Of a stretch of DNA of 64,000 nt, positions 26,701-40,500 are shown one piece after another. The position numbers were made by a program, and so were the translations under genes. Within the stretch, counting starts at the first letter, position 1. Each line of letters starts with the position of its first letter. Under the pieces are notes generated by a model, which did no database searches, was not told the origin of the DNA, and saw nothing but the letters and a program-made list of their open reading frames with translations. Source of the stretch: Octopus sinensis (taxonomy: Eukaryota); assembly GCF_006345805.1 (NCBI RefSeq), contig NC_043001.1, forward strand, positions 131,316,001 through 131,380,000, in the 5' to 3' direction.

Positions 26701-27799
26701 CTTATTTCATTCTTTATATTTTTAACTGCTGGTATGATAAACTCCTTTATTAAAGTAGAGAGACAAATCATACAATTTACTGGTTATCAACAAATGCATA
26801 AAAAAAAACTGAATAGATTCATTTATGTAGTTAACTTATTTTACTAATGAATAAAAGTATTTGAACCAAGGATACTGTTAAAAAGCAATAAGGGATAAAA
26901 AAAAATGCTGTATGCAAAGAATTTGGGATTTCTTTTACTGCACAAGAAAAGAGTAGTTTTGCCATTTCAAAAATTTAAAATTGATTATTAGAAGCTACTA
27001 TAGGCACCAACCTGAGAGCAACAGAGTCAAAGAACTTGAACTACATATCTCTCACTTACTAGGCAACCACATTACTGTTCACACTACATAAGTTTTCCAT
27101 TCCTTTCTTCTCAAATTAAATATGGCTACTTTAACAATTATTTTATCTCTACAAGTATCTCTGTTGCTTCACAACAATTTGTCAGTGATTTAGAATTATC
27201 TGTCAATCAAGTCAGATAATTGTGTATGCAGTCAAAAATAGCAGAAAAAATATTTAAAATACATAATTTGAATAGAGGAAATGACAGGCACTCTAATGCA
27301 TTTGGTTTATCTCATCACCCAGCAAGTGATAAATATGTAGTCTGAGTCTTATCAGTGGGCCTGTTGCTTATTGTCTATCAGAGATTGGTGCTTATAACTT
27401 GAAATCATATTTAAAACTTAGCTGTTAATTTATAATAAATAAAAATTGTTCTGGTATCTGTTGTTTTGCTTGGTTGAAATCTATAACTTCTGAAGAATTT
27501 AAAGGTACTCTAGTTATAACCACAGCACTTAAATTTGGAAATAATTTCCAAACCACTTTCCATCTAGCATGAACTATAGATACAATATTGAATAATGATT
27601 ATTTTATTGAATTCAGTATTTCAAATTTAAGATACTGAAAGTTTATTACTTTGCTTGTATAAAATTATAAAAAGGATTTAATAACTTTATTTCTTGGGTT
27701 ATTGCTGTAAACCACAATTTTTTCACTACTTAGAGGAGGAAAGGCAGTGGTCATTACCTTTGCAAGTACTTCCAGTTAGTGATATCAATGTAACGATAA

Positions 27800-28050
27800 T
27801 TCATGTCTGCAGGAAAAGTTTTGGTAAGGAAGGAATTCCATAGAGCATCTGCTCAAAAGAGAACTGATTAAGCAGAATATTGTGTGGAATCTGATGGTCA
27901 AAACAGATGACAAACAACAGGGGCTCAAATTGATCCCAAGTGGAGGAATTATGCAGCTTGCTAATTTGGAGAGACATGGGCTGTTACAAGGAGAGTAGAA
28001 AAGGCAAGAAATAACAAGTCTATGACCCAGTGGTTGATAAATGGATTTTG
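27800..28050 (-). pseudogene. CR1/Jockey-group LINE 3' relic
   Basis: Minus-strand YQPLGHR..SCLFY..C.SKLASCIIPP and ALWNS motifs, as in the RT C-terminal region of such LINEs. Confidence 0.5.
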
Positions 28051-30469
28051 CCAATTATTCAAATAGCTTTCTGTTAGTTTTAGTCTAAGATGTGTGTATT
28101 CCAATGTTAGTTTGGCTTAAGCTTCACAGTGAATCATTGACTGATTGTAGCTGAAGTATTTTCTTACTGAGAAGAGGGAACCTAGTCTCACTAAAGATAG
28201 TATATTATTTCTATCATTATATTACTAAATTTACTAAACAAGTTAGTTATTTCACCAGTTATTTCATTTATTCAAAACAGAATTTAATCCACAAGAGTCT
28301 AACATCCAGAGATACATAGAAGAGAAACTTTTACCACTTCAATTTAACTTATTGCATATAAAAATGAAGTAAATATTAGCTTATAAACTTAGAATGGTAT
28401 GGTTACTATTTCAATGAGATTGTCAACTTACATATAACTTGACATATATGCACAACAAAGTGGATTATGCTTAGAAATATTTTTTCAAGACACAACAAAG
28501 AAAATAGCTTTCAAACAACATCTAATGAAGAAATTTACAAAATAAGGTTATTCTAAAACATTACAAGTTCTATAAAGTTATAGAAATTAAATTTATATGT
28601 TAAATAACTGATCATTAATAATAACTAAAGGAAAATTTCTTAATTAGGTATACAATAAAACATACATGCAAACTAGTGTTTTAAAACACAGCAACTGATT
28701 TTATTAAGGAGTACATAAACTGAAAATGAATATACAGTTTGTTTTTATAATTAGTCTATTTTTGTCTTTATTTCTTGTATTCTTTTCCCTATCATTATCC
28801 AAATGTTAACTTATGATTTTCTGTAGAGTAACAATTTTTTTTTTAGTGTATATTTTTCTCTATATTTTCTGAATATTTTGTAGTCTCTGAAACTCATTTT
28901 CTGACTTAGAAGTTAATAAATTTAAAAGCTTCCAAATTTAGCTTAAAGGCCATCATATGCAAATGTTCTGAACATGTCATGTTAATTGAAACTAAGTAAA
29001 GGAGCAATATTTTTTCTTCATTGGTCTATAACTTTTGCCCGCTAATTGTCTATCCCAGTTTACTCTTATTGCATTCTCATTCTAATGAGCATTTGTAAAT
29101 GCTGGCCTATGCAATATTAGTTCAATTATGATTAAAAAGGTATTTCATGATGGGTTTCAGAATTTTATATTAAAAATAGGCCAAATTAATTTAATATAAA
29201 TGGAAATACTTATCTAATATACAAAACATTCTATACAACCAAATAGAACAATTGATATGCACACCCAGATGCATATATATATTGGAACATTATAATTAAA
29301 CAAAATTTATCAATTTACAAATATTTACTAGCTTTTAAACAGAATTATTAAAATACATTCTTTTGTAGCTAGGCATATGGGAATATGAATATTGGTGGCA
29401 TTCATCTAAAATTGATCTGTATGATTTAAATCTATTACTTGCAGTTTAAACTTACATGTAATATGAAAGGAAATGAGTTAGATTTATTAAGCAGTTCATA
29501 ATAACAGTTATTAACTGGATATATAAAAAAGTTTCTACAATTACAATGTATTACATTTGTTAACAATTAAAAAAAAAAGCACAAATGTTTATTTTGTTTT
29601 CATACCTTAATTATATCTCTGGAAATGATTTGATATAAGAGATAAAATATTCATCTGCCATTTCAATCAAGACTTTCTAAATAAGAAATTCTTATATTTC
29701 TACTTATAAGCATTGATTAAAAGAGTCATTTTATTTTATATTTATAGAAATATTTCTTTTTTGACAATTTGCTCATTAGGTTTGTCGAATAACATTTCCT
29801 GACAGTTAATAGAATTTTATATCTTCCACATCCTAGTTATAGATTTGGTCGGTAATATGACTTCAGTGATTTTACACCTCTCCCTTATCATATTTTATTT
29901 GTGAAGTGAAATAGGAGCATTTTATTTTCCTATGAAAGTAAATAGCTTTATATATAAAATTTCATGGCACATATTTTAATTAAATTCTATTTGCAGAAGA
30001 AATTATAAACTTCTGAGAAGCTACATTAAAAAGATATTAACAGACCAGTCGCCAGATGTCAAAATCCCAAGCAGTTGTGTCATACAGATAAGATTCACAG
30101 TCACTTATTTACTTAATGTCAGTAAAGTAGATCTCAGTCTCTTCTGAAACAGCTAAAAGCTCAGATTTATGTACAAAATATGTTTGATAATTACTGTTAG
30201 CTTTTAATATAAAATAATTGTGAAAGAAAAGAAAGAAACATATAGGACTACTTTTCAATTGCTTGTTTTTCATTATTTAATTTCATTAGTAGTCTTTCTG
30301 GGCACTTTTAGATTGATTTATAGGGATAAAAGAATGAGGTTATTACAATTGACATTCTGTTTAAATTGCTGTACATTGGCGAAAAAGGGAAAATAGTAGA
30401 AAGGGAGTTACTAGTTGATGCATTTAAAAAAAAAAATTAAGTCAAGTGGAAAAGACAGTGTCTATGACC

Positions 30470-30897
30470 TTTGAAGGCTTTCTGATCCTGGTAAGGCCAA
30501 TATGGTTGATATCTATTTTGAGTACTTCTAAGAAGGGAATTCCATAGAGTTGATATCCTGTGATGGGAAAAGGTTTGAGCTCTGAGGAATGGTTAAGAGG
30601 TAACGGTGACAAGAAAAGGAATGACATATAGGTCCAATGGGCTTGAATGGAAGTGGTGTGCACTAGTTGGTCTTAAGGAGCAGAAGTTGTTGTAGCAGCA
30701 CTAGAATGCAGAGCAAGGGCCAGTAGGCCAAAGAACTAGAGGATGCAGTGTTGGAGAGAGAGTCTTTGCTATTCCATCAGACAGCTTCTTTTTGGATGTG
30801 GTCTAGAAGAGTTGTGTACATATCAGCAGTATATGTGAAAACAGTATTCCACTATGGGTCTCATATGAGCTTTGTAGAGAGTTAGTAACAGTTCACA
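30470..30897 (-). pseudogene. CR1/Jockey-group LINE relic (RT C-terminus)
   Basis: Minus-strand translation LLTLYKAHMRPIVEYCFHI...LLDHIQKEAV. Confidence 0.65.
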
Positions 30898-31066
30898 GCT
30901 GAAATATTTTTTTCACCCTTCATTATGAAGTAGCAATAAAAGATCTTTGGTGCAAGCAGAACAAAATATTTATTTCTATTGTTACGATCAGGCAAATTCT
31001 TATGTATAAAAGGGGTGAACTTCTGAACGCAACAACAGAAATTGTACAATCAGTGAATTGATATTC

Positions 31067-31572
31067 AAAGATGAAATTATGTAACAAAAGGTATAATACC
31101 CCAAAAATTTCATGTCTAGTCCTCGATTGTTCAAAGGTAGTTGGTAAATGGTTTGATCCATATGCAGCTCTCTCTCGTATTTTATGCTATCCACACAATG
31201 CTGTTGCTGTATTCTGAACTCTCCCTTGTTCCATTCTCCTTTTCTCTTTTTAACAGGAAGTAAACGAGATTACCTTTCTCATCCATTAACAGGAAGTAAG
31301 CAAGATTACCTGTCCCGTTTCTTAACAAGAAGTAAATGAAATTACCTGTCTTGTTCCTTCCTGTTAACGAATGAGACAGGTAATCTCATTTACTTCCTGT
31401 TAAAAAGAGAAAAGGAAAAATCGAACGGGGGAGAGTTCAGAATACAGCAACGGCATTGCATGGATAGTACAAAATATGAGAGAGAGCTGCATACGGATCG
31501 AACCGTTTACCACGTACCTTTGAACAATCGAAGACTGGACATGAAATTCTTTTGTTACATAATTTTATCTTT
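31067..31572. repeat. Foldback element with ~220-bp inverted arms and a centre of short subrepeats
   Basis: 31067-31294 is the reverse complement of about 31358-31572. The central units read taacaggaagtaaacgagattacc. Confidence 0.92.
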
Positions 31573-34500
31573 CCTTGCTCACTTCCTGTATGTATGTATA
31601 TATATATACATACCTATGTCATTTCAACTCTGCCAAAAAAGTTGTTATATATCTCTCTTCGCAAACGCTTATCTCTCCTCATTCATAAAACATTGTAAGT
31701 TCACTTCCTTCATCATATTTTCTCATTATTTGCACTGATTATAGATATACATAGCACAATGTCTGAAGAATATACATTTTCAGCAAGAATCAATGTACTC
31801 CTGGTTTAGAAGCCAGCAATATAATTATAAGTTAATTATAAGATGAAAGTGAAAGTAGATAAGAAAAATGAAATAGTAAAGCATAAAATAAGGTAGAAAG
31901 CACAAGTCATCTGTTAAGATCGTCAGATTGTAAGAAAAGTATAATGTTTATTGACTCACAAAATAACACTGAAATCAACTACTACAAGATACACCAGATA
32001 CATGAAATTACAAGCTGTTAAATTGCTAAGGTTGCAGAAAGATTTTTTTTCAGCATAACTCAAAAGTTGGACTACATAGAATGTTGCTTGGGTCTGTACC
32101 AAGAAATAGAACAACAGATTGTTTTATGATGGAAAAATTTTAAAAGAAAATTCTAGCTAAATCCATAAAATTACATTGAAATTGCCAAACTTCAAAACTA
32201 TGGAGACTGGGTTTGAGACAAATGATGTGGAGCTGTACCAGAAGCCAAGATCATAGTACTAGTTAGTGACAGAGTTGACAAGCTTTTGGGAAAACTTTTG
32301 GGAAACAGAATTGGTATGCAGAAAGGATGTAAATGCAAATTCAATGCTAAAAATCAATGCAAGACAGTGACCCACTAAAATAGAACATCATACAGAATGA
32401 CAGGGAATCTACTATTCAGAAAAACCAGGTGCACTAAAATGAAAGTAGCTAACAATGAAAGTAATTATGAACTGTACTACTTTAATAAACCACAAGAAAT
32501 AGATTGTTTCATATGTGTAAAAATATGATCTGCAGAGAGGCTGAAGACAGAGAAGCTAAGGTTGATGTTTAGCACTAGATCAACTCTGAGTGAGGAGATC
32601 TATCATCAAAAACATTTCAGTTACAACAAACCTAACTCTTGACATTTTTTAAAACCATAGCAATATATTTTGGATTCCAATGTGTTTTAACATTTCTTAA
32701 AGATATAATATGTAATATGAGGGATATCTGGTTACGATTTCAAGCAGATTGAGTAACCACATAGCAACTTGAGTAAGTGCAAGAGCTTCTAAGGTTTCAA
32801 AGAAAGACAGATGCTTAAAGAACAATTTCTATTGATAAAAAGAAATTTCTATTTCAGTAAAGAGAGAAATGCTAGAAAGCTTGTGAAGAATGATTTTCTG
32901 AAGTACCAACTCCACCAGCAAATGCCAATAATCTACCATGATATATTTCAAGAAATACACAGAGTAAATGAATTGAAAGTGATATAAGATATTAAAGATG
33001 TGTACAATTGAAATAGGAACGTAAGATTTAGGGTTGATCAAACAAGATGAAGTAAACAAGAAGTAGTTGATTTACATAGAAAGTTACATCTCATTGAAAA
33101 GATGAGTCATATTTGAAGTATAAAAAGAGGCATACAAATGTCTCCAATATTGTTCATAAGGGGGCAATTACAATGATATTGACTGTGAATCTGACAAGAA
33201 TAACCAAAACGGTTATGATAAAATATTGTCTTGGAAATTAAGCATTTTTTATGCCTGCTTTTCTTGATGGCATGGGTTGGTTAGGTTGTCACAGGCCAAG
33301 TTGCTTTCCACTAGGAGCTACTAATTCTAAAGACTAGAGGTATCATTTGGCTTTGTTTCTACACAACTGGATGCCATTCTTAATGCCAACCACTTTACAG
33401 AGTGGACTGGTTGCATTTTCTTGTAGCACCAACACAAAGAAGTTGAATAGTTCTCAGTAAAACAAGAGTAGCGGGACCATGAAACCTAACAATTCCTCTG
33501 CTTGCTTAGCCACCCAATTGATATTATGAACAAAGCCAACTGAAGTAGACCATGAACAATATGGTTGGATGTTATCCATAGCTTCATTTAGTCTATTGGG
33601 AAGCCAGCTGGAACCTGTGTAGACAGTTGCTTCTGATAGGACTGTCTAAAGTCTAGGTCTAAGAATTCTGACCCCCCCACTTACCCTTCCGATACTCACA
33701 GGAATAGTGTGCTATGAAGATGGATGGATACATCTGCAAAATTTTTATAACAAATGGTCTCTTGCACTATCATTGGAATCCAAGATCAGTTGTATAAGGA
33801 GACCTTCTGAAGAAGGCCTGAAAAGAAAATAACCATCTGTTATTTCATCCAATAAGGACATGAAGAAATTATTGTTCAGAATCTTTCTAATGCTGAAGAC
33901 AAAATTCAAAAATATAAATGGAAAATATATGGAATTAGTTTTATTCTTTCTACAAAAGCCAAATCAACAAATTTCTATAAAAGTAAGTATAATAATTTGA
34001 CAGGAAAAAGGATTGGATATATTCAGTGGATTTTAACTTTTGAAATTAAGATTTATCTAACTATATTGAATAACTATTAAAGAGTATGTATAAGTAATCT
34101 AAGTTAAATTTTTTTTTTCTTTAAATGGAAGTCTAATGATTTCTGCATTGCCATTAGCTTAAATAAATGTTCTATTTTGTTTGAAATGAGATTACAATCT
34201 AAGAAAAATATTCACAAGCACTAAAATAGAGAAATAAAAAGAAAGCAGTATTTTTGCCTCTAAATGTTAAAGGCGGAAGCTTAATGAACAGCCTTGTCTG
34301 GAATCAAACTGCATACAATCCCAGAATAAATTTATGATCATTGAAAAATCATATTCAAAAACTAAAATTATTTAAAAAATAAAAGAAGAATATGAAAGCA
34401 ATCTATGACTAAGCAAAAGTTTTACTTTTTATGTGTGCAATAGCTGAAAATATTCAAAACTAAAACTTGTATTGTCAAAGGTCATTCTAACTGGATGGAG

Positions 34501-35299
34501 GAGTATTATTACAGTGAGAAACATCTATCTGTATACATGAAAATAATTGGTCATATTTTTAGCATAAATTTAGTTTAGTAATCTTTAGTAAAGAAAAAGA
34601 AAATCACTGGAAATGAATATGAAATATAACAAACATAATGGCAAAGAAGTCAAAAGCGAAAATCTATGAAAAATATCAAGAATATACATTACAAGAGCTG
34701 AATCAAGATTTCAAGCTTTTGTTCATATTTCATAACAATTATTCTTTAGAAGTGTATTTTTTAATACTTTTCAAATGGATATATCACTGGTATGATATTT
34801 CTCTGGTTTACGGTATTAAACATTCGCATGTGATTATTATAATTATATAAATTCAATTGTATTCCCTCTAAATGTTATCAAAAGAAGGAATGTTTTACTT
34901 ATTACCACTAAAGAATTCAATGTAAATGTAATCAGTCAAAAACCAGATAATTCTTATGTTCTTTGGTTAACAATAGTAATCTACATAGGAAGAGAGAATG
35001 AATAAATTATAATTATGTAGTTAATTAATTGATGAGATAATGACATTTCATGATAATGTTGACCACAAGTGATGGAGTAAGTACTTGAAGAACTTCATGC
35101 TTGTGCAAACTAATGAACATAGATATCAATTTTCTGAAATGTAAGACTTAACAAGTTACATGTGTGGCCTTATCCTGTATTAATTAGAAAGATTGTCTCA
35201 GAAGTATTTATTTTCAGATGTCTTATTATGTAGCCTGTTTTCATATAAGAGAGATTGGAAAGGAGGAAGACAGATATCCTACCCCCAGGAGAGTCTAAG

Positions 35300-35400
35300 A
35301 TTAGACAAAAGATGGTAAAGTGATTAAGACAGTAAAATCAGAGAAAGCAACAGGTTCTTCAGGGACAATTGCTGAAATGTTGAAAGCTTCAAGATAGATG
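35300..35400 (+). pseudogene. RTE-type LINE relic
   Basis: Translation VIKTVKSEKATGSSGTIAEMLKAS resembles the K..KA.G.SGI.AEMLK motif at the start of non-LTR RT domains. Confidence 0.5.
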
Positions 35401-35821
35401 AGAGAGAATAACAGTGGCCAACCAACTAGCAAATAAACATTTTATCTTTGACAGCAGAACAGCATTCTTGCTAAATGACACAAAAGCAGCCACACAGAAT
35501 ATAGCAGCTTCAGAAGGTTTACTAAGTTTGATATAAAATGAGAGGTATGCAAGAATTCAGTATTGTATAAAAAATGTAAATAACAGATGCACAAGAGGTT
35601 CAGTGAAATCTTAGAAAGACAGAGAAGAAATCAGAGTTTAGTGTAGTAAAGCAATGGCATAAACAACCATAAAGTAATGAACAGGGTTTTCTCAGCTGTT
35701 CTAACAGTAATTTCTGATACCTAAATGGCATTTGTAGCTTTAGAATGCATAACAATATAACATGTATCTGTAGTAACAAATGAGATAATTTGAAAGCAGA
35801 AGTTTATATATATAATTTGTA

Positions 35822-36165
35822 TCTTTTATCTTTCACTTGTTTCAAACTGTGGCCAAGCTCGGACACTGCCTTGAATTTTTAGTTGAATGAATCAACCCCT
35901 AGTATTTATGTTACTGGTCTATTTTTCCTTTGCCAAACTGATGAATAAACACACCAGTTCTCAAGCAATGAAGTGGGGGGGGGACAAATAAACACACACA
36001 CAGACATGACAGGCTTCTTTCAGTTTCCATCTACCAAATCCACTCATGAGGCTTTGGTCAGCCCAAGGCTATAGTAGAAGACACTTGCCCAATGTGCCAT
36101 TCAGTGGGACTGAACCCAGAATCATGTGGTTGGGAAGCAAGTTTCTAATCACACAGCCATGCATG
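35822..36165 (-). mobile_element. Old SINE family A copy
   Basis: Reverse-strand match with CpG decay. Confidence 0.8.
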
Positions 36166-37133
36166 CACCTGTGTAGATATATATAAATTTGATTATACAT
36201 ATATAATATTTTAGTGTTATGCTTTATATTAATTTTCATGTTTGAAATGAGTATATAAATTTTGAACATGAAATTTGTGATTCACAGAGTATAGTAACTG
36301 AATTGTTAATAAACAAATAAATTCAAATGTAAAACAACAAAAGAATATATTTTTCTACCATCCATATTTGAAATTGTATACTAACTACCAAGAGATGTTT
36401 TCACTTTCGAAGGGTGAAGTTTGATAATCTCAGTATTCCTATATATACTGTCAATACATTGTGTGTGAGGGTTTGTATGTGTGCACACACTGTCTGTGTG
36501 AAAAAGAGAGAAAGGATTAAGTTAGAGACAAGTGTAAACAGAGAGAGTTAAAGAGAAAGAGGAACAGAAAATGAAGGAGAAAAGACAATTTAATATCATA
36601 AACAGATGTCTCTGTACCTTACACTAACACTCCTACTCTACTACCACTCCATTATAACTACCTGTCTTTCACTATCTCTTTTCTTGAATCTGCTCTATTT
36701 TACATCAGTGAATTTTTTTCCGTATGCATATCCTGACATAGTTTTACATTAATATGCAAAGTTTGAGTTAGATTCATTGAGAAACAAACCTTATTTTTTT
36801 TGTGTGTGCATGTGTGTGTGTGAAATGTTGACAATCAGGAAGGCTATCAGATAGAGAAGATAGACAAATTACTTTCATGAGCAGAAGATGAAACTAATAT
36901 GTTATAAATTTTAACTTAGGAAGTGCAGGTCAAGTTCAAAGGTATAAAAAAATTTCAACAGAGATGCAAGGAATTTTGTAAATCAATAATTCTCTCAAAC
37001 AGTTTTTGATAAATTTGTCTTTTCAGCAACATTCATTTTGGTAATTTCAATACATTAACATAAACATTATATAAGCATAAAATAATCAACTAAAACATAA
37101 AGTTCTTTAGGTTTTCTAATGTATTTCAGCATA

Positions 37134-37523
37134 GGTGTAGGAGAGGCTGTGTGGTAAATAGCTTGCTTATGAACCAGATGGTGCCAGGTTCAGTCTCACT
37201 GCATGGCACTTTGAGTAAATGTCTTCTACTATAGCCTCGGGCTGACCAAAGCCTTGTGAGTGGATTTGGTAGATGGAAACTGTATATATATATATATGTG
37301 TGTATGTTTGTGTGTCCTTGTTCCTCCAACATTGCTTGACAACTGATGCTGGTGTTTTTACGTCCTCGTAACTTAGCGCTTCGGCAAAAGAGACTGAGAG
37401 AAATAAGTACTAGGCTTACAAGGAATAAGTCCTGGGGTCAATTTGCTCGACTAAAGGTGGTGCTCCAGCATGGCCACAGTCAAATGACTGAAACAAGTAA
37501 AAGAGTAAAATAGAGAGAAAGAG
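37134..37523 (+). mobile_element. SINE family A
   Basis: Near full-length match with a small internal deletion. Confidence 0.88.
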
Positions 37524-40500
37524 TATAGGAGTTACATCTCATAATCTAAAAGACATGTCCATTTTTATAGAAACTCATCTTCTTTAACAAGACTCCTCAA
37601 ACAAACCTGTTATTGAATTCCTTCTTGAAGTTGGTTGGTACCAATTTAAGTAGAGAAACTCTAAATTTATTAATAAATAACTATGATTTGCCAAAGCAGC
37701 ATAAAAAGTAATTAAAAAATACAATTCTTTTATAAATATGATTCTTCTGAGGACAGCCTTCATTGAACAAAAAGTAAAATTGTCTAGGTGGATGTTTTGA
37801 AAGCTAGAGTTGTATTTTAAGAAATGACTGCATTCTATCAAGTTGGTACTTATATTTTAGGTTATGAGCTCCTTATCAGGAAAGATTGCTCACTTAAGTC
37901 ATAATAGAATGTTAACAAATACTGGTTCAAGATAATTCATAAGAACCATTTTGAATCCTACATCTCTAACTTCAAAACTAACATTAGATTCATAAAGCTT
38001 GCATATAGATAAAATAAGATGATACCCTTCAGTGTGTAACAATGTAATATTTCATTGAATTATTCAAAACATCTGTTGTAATATTGTAAATATAAACATG
38101 CATCTATTTCATTGTAATTTATGCCACCCTTGCTTTTACATTATTTAACTTTGACTGAAAATTAGGCATCAGCTTATTGCCATTAATTGAAAACAAACTA
38201 TATAGAGGTAACTTTGATTGCTAATCACTTGGCAAAAGAGAGGCATGAAGGCACAATAATGGTGCTTATGAAAAAAAAAAAAAAAATTCTGAGGAAATTC
38301 CAAAAGAATGTAATTTTATAAATAAAATATATGAAGATTTGAGAAAATAAGTCAAATATTTATTTTTTCCATTGAAGGAAATTGGTTCAGAGAAGAATTA
38401 AAAGTAGCATTAATAAAACAAAAGAAATATGGAAGTAGTGACTGCTTTATTTCAAATCAGTCCTGATTGATCAAAGGCATTCCAACAATGACTAGCCCAT
38501 TTTCTGTTCAGGTATAGCATATCTAGGACTATATTACATAATGTATCATTTTTAAAATAACAGTTTACAGTTTTAGTAAAATTTAGCTATTATTTCAAGC
38601 AGGTCAAGCAACCACATAGAGGTATCCTTGCTGACTCAAGTGGTTGTTGTTTATTTATATCTAAGTAGATCTATGATAAAAAGGCTTCTCAGCAATTACC
38701 ATCTCATCTTTTTGTGTATCTAACATGCTATAATATTTTAAAGGCAATAGACAAGGAAAAATTTGGTTGCTATTTCTAGCTATTGGAATCACCATGTAGA
38801 CATTGTTTCTTGCTGGTAAGCAGAAGGTTTTAACTATTGCAATTTTGACATCTTTTCTGCTTTACCTTCAGCCTCTCATTTCTGCATCCAAATCTGTTTC
38901 ATTTATCTTTGTAAGTTTACTATTATGGGGGAAAGGAATGATGCAGATGGGCAAGTGCAGAAACTGTTGCATGCAGAGCAACTACTTCTCTCTAAACTAA
39001 CTGGTACAGTAACTAGTAGCATAATCCTGGAAAATCAAAGAAATTTACTGTCTTCACCTGATGTCCATCACCATACTTTGGTATGAACACCTGATTTCCT
39101 GGTCATCAATATAATTTCTAAGTATTTAAATTTAATGCTTTTCTTAAATCAAGTTTTAATTTTTTATTATATAATATCCTTTCAACTGTAAAGTTATTGT
39201 GTAACAGCCATATTTCATAAAATTTTCATAAGCAAATTTTTATGTTAAACCTAGCAAAAAAAGATGCATGCCAACTTACAATTCTTTGAGCATTAGCATA
39301 TAAAACATTTTCTTTATATTTGATAGTTAAAAATTAAGTCAGTTTTCATTTTATTTTATATGATGTAATTAATGTGCTCCAATCCTTTAATAATATCAAG
39401 TATTGAGATTTAACTATTCACAGAACATTTATGTGATGGAAAGTGGAGAGTTATAACTTTTATATTCTCAGAAACAGAAAGAAAATCTCAAAATATTTTA
39501 AGAGAGCGAGTTTTAAAATGCTGTGTTATTTAACATAGTCATACTTTATCATTGTTTCTATTTTTTAGCTTCTTTTTTTTTTTTCTTTTTATTCCTTCTA
39601 AACCAATATTTTCAATGCATAGCTTCAGCAAATAAAAATTTAACTATGAATATTTACTTATATCTTTGGCGTCAATCAACTTTCAACAAATATCAATCAA
39701 CTAGAAATGCATCAATTACTTGGCACTCAATAAATTCAATTAACCAATAAACATCAAGTTTTAAACATTAAAGAATGTTATTATAGGAAAGAAAATGGAA
39801 GTAGTTTAACTTTTTTTTATTAATTTACTCAATGCAATTTTAAAGAATTAATTTTCATAGATAACAGCATGTTAATATGATTATTCAAGTAAATAATAAG
39901 ATTCAAACACTGCCAGATATTTTAAATGCTTTTGGAATAGGACTTTTATAAACAATGAAATTTTGTAATTTTTATTAGTTTGCTTATATTCCAAATGAGG
40001 TCATACTTAGATTGTTAAAAATCTGTATAGACTACTTCAAGAAGAACTGATAAAGAATACCCATTAGCACAATTTTATTGTCGAACATATTAGATCACTG
40101 ACTAATATAGATGATGCGGGCCTAATCAATTTACTGTTTTATTTTTGGTTATTGTTTAAATCATAAATATTGTTGAAGTTAATTAACTGATAACATCCTA
40201 TAAAAATATTTTTCCATGAAAAAATAAATTAGAATCTTCATAAGTAATTCAGTCAAGTAATAGCGATATGTAAATCAATTATTTAATTTACCTAATTAAA
40301 TAGTTTATTCCCTTAAAAACTAATGTGCACATGTGTGAACTAGAAAGTCATTTACAGATTACTTTTACATACACATATAATAGCGTTATCATTCAAGCAT
40401 TTCATAAAAGCATTTATTTCAAGAATTGTAAGCTACATTTCAATTATGAAGAAAATAAATCAAACTGGAAACTATCTAGAATTGTGTTTTGTTTTGTTAA

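Noticed and set aside
27500-27575. KVVWKLFPN on the minus strand as FUZ exon 2
   Set aside because: The upstream sequence has a stop and lacks the SLNG.HMF motif; no suitable splice sites.
29606-29676. Exon-like segment with strong minus-strand splice sites (KVLIEMADEYFISYIKSFPEI)
   Set aside because: All three frames contain a stop before the donor.
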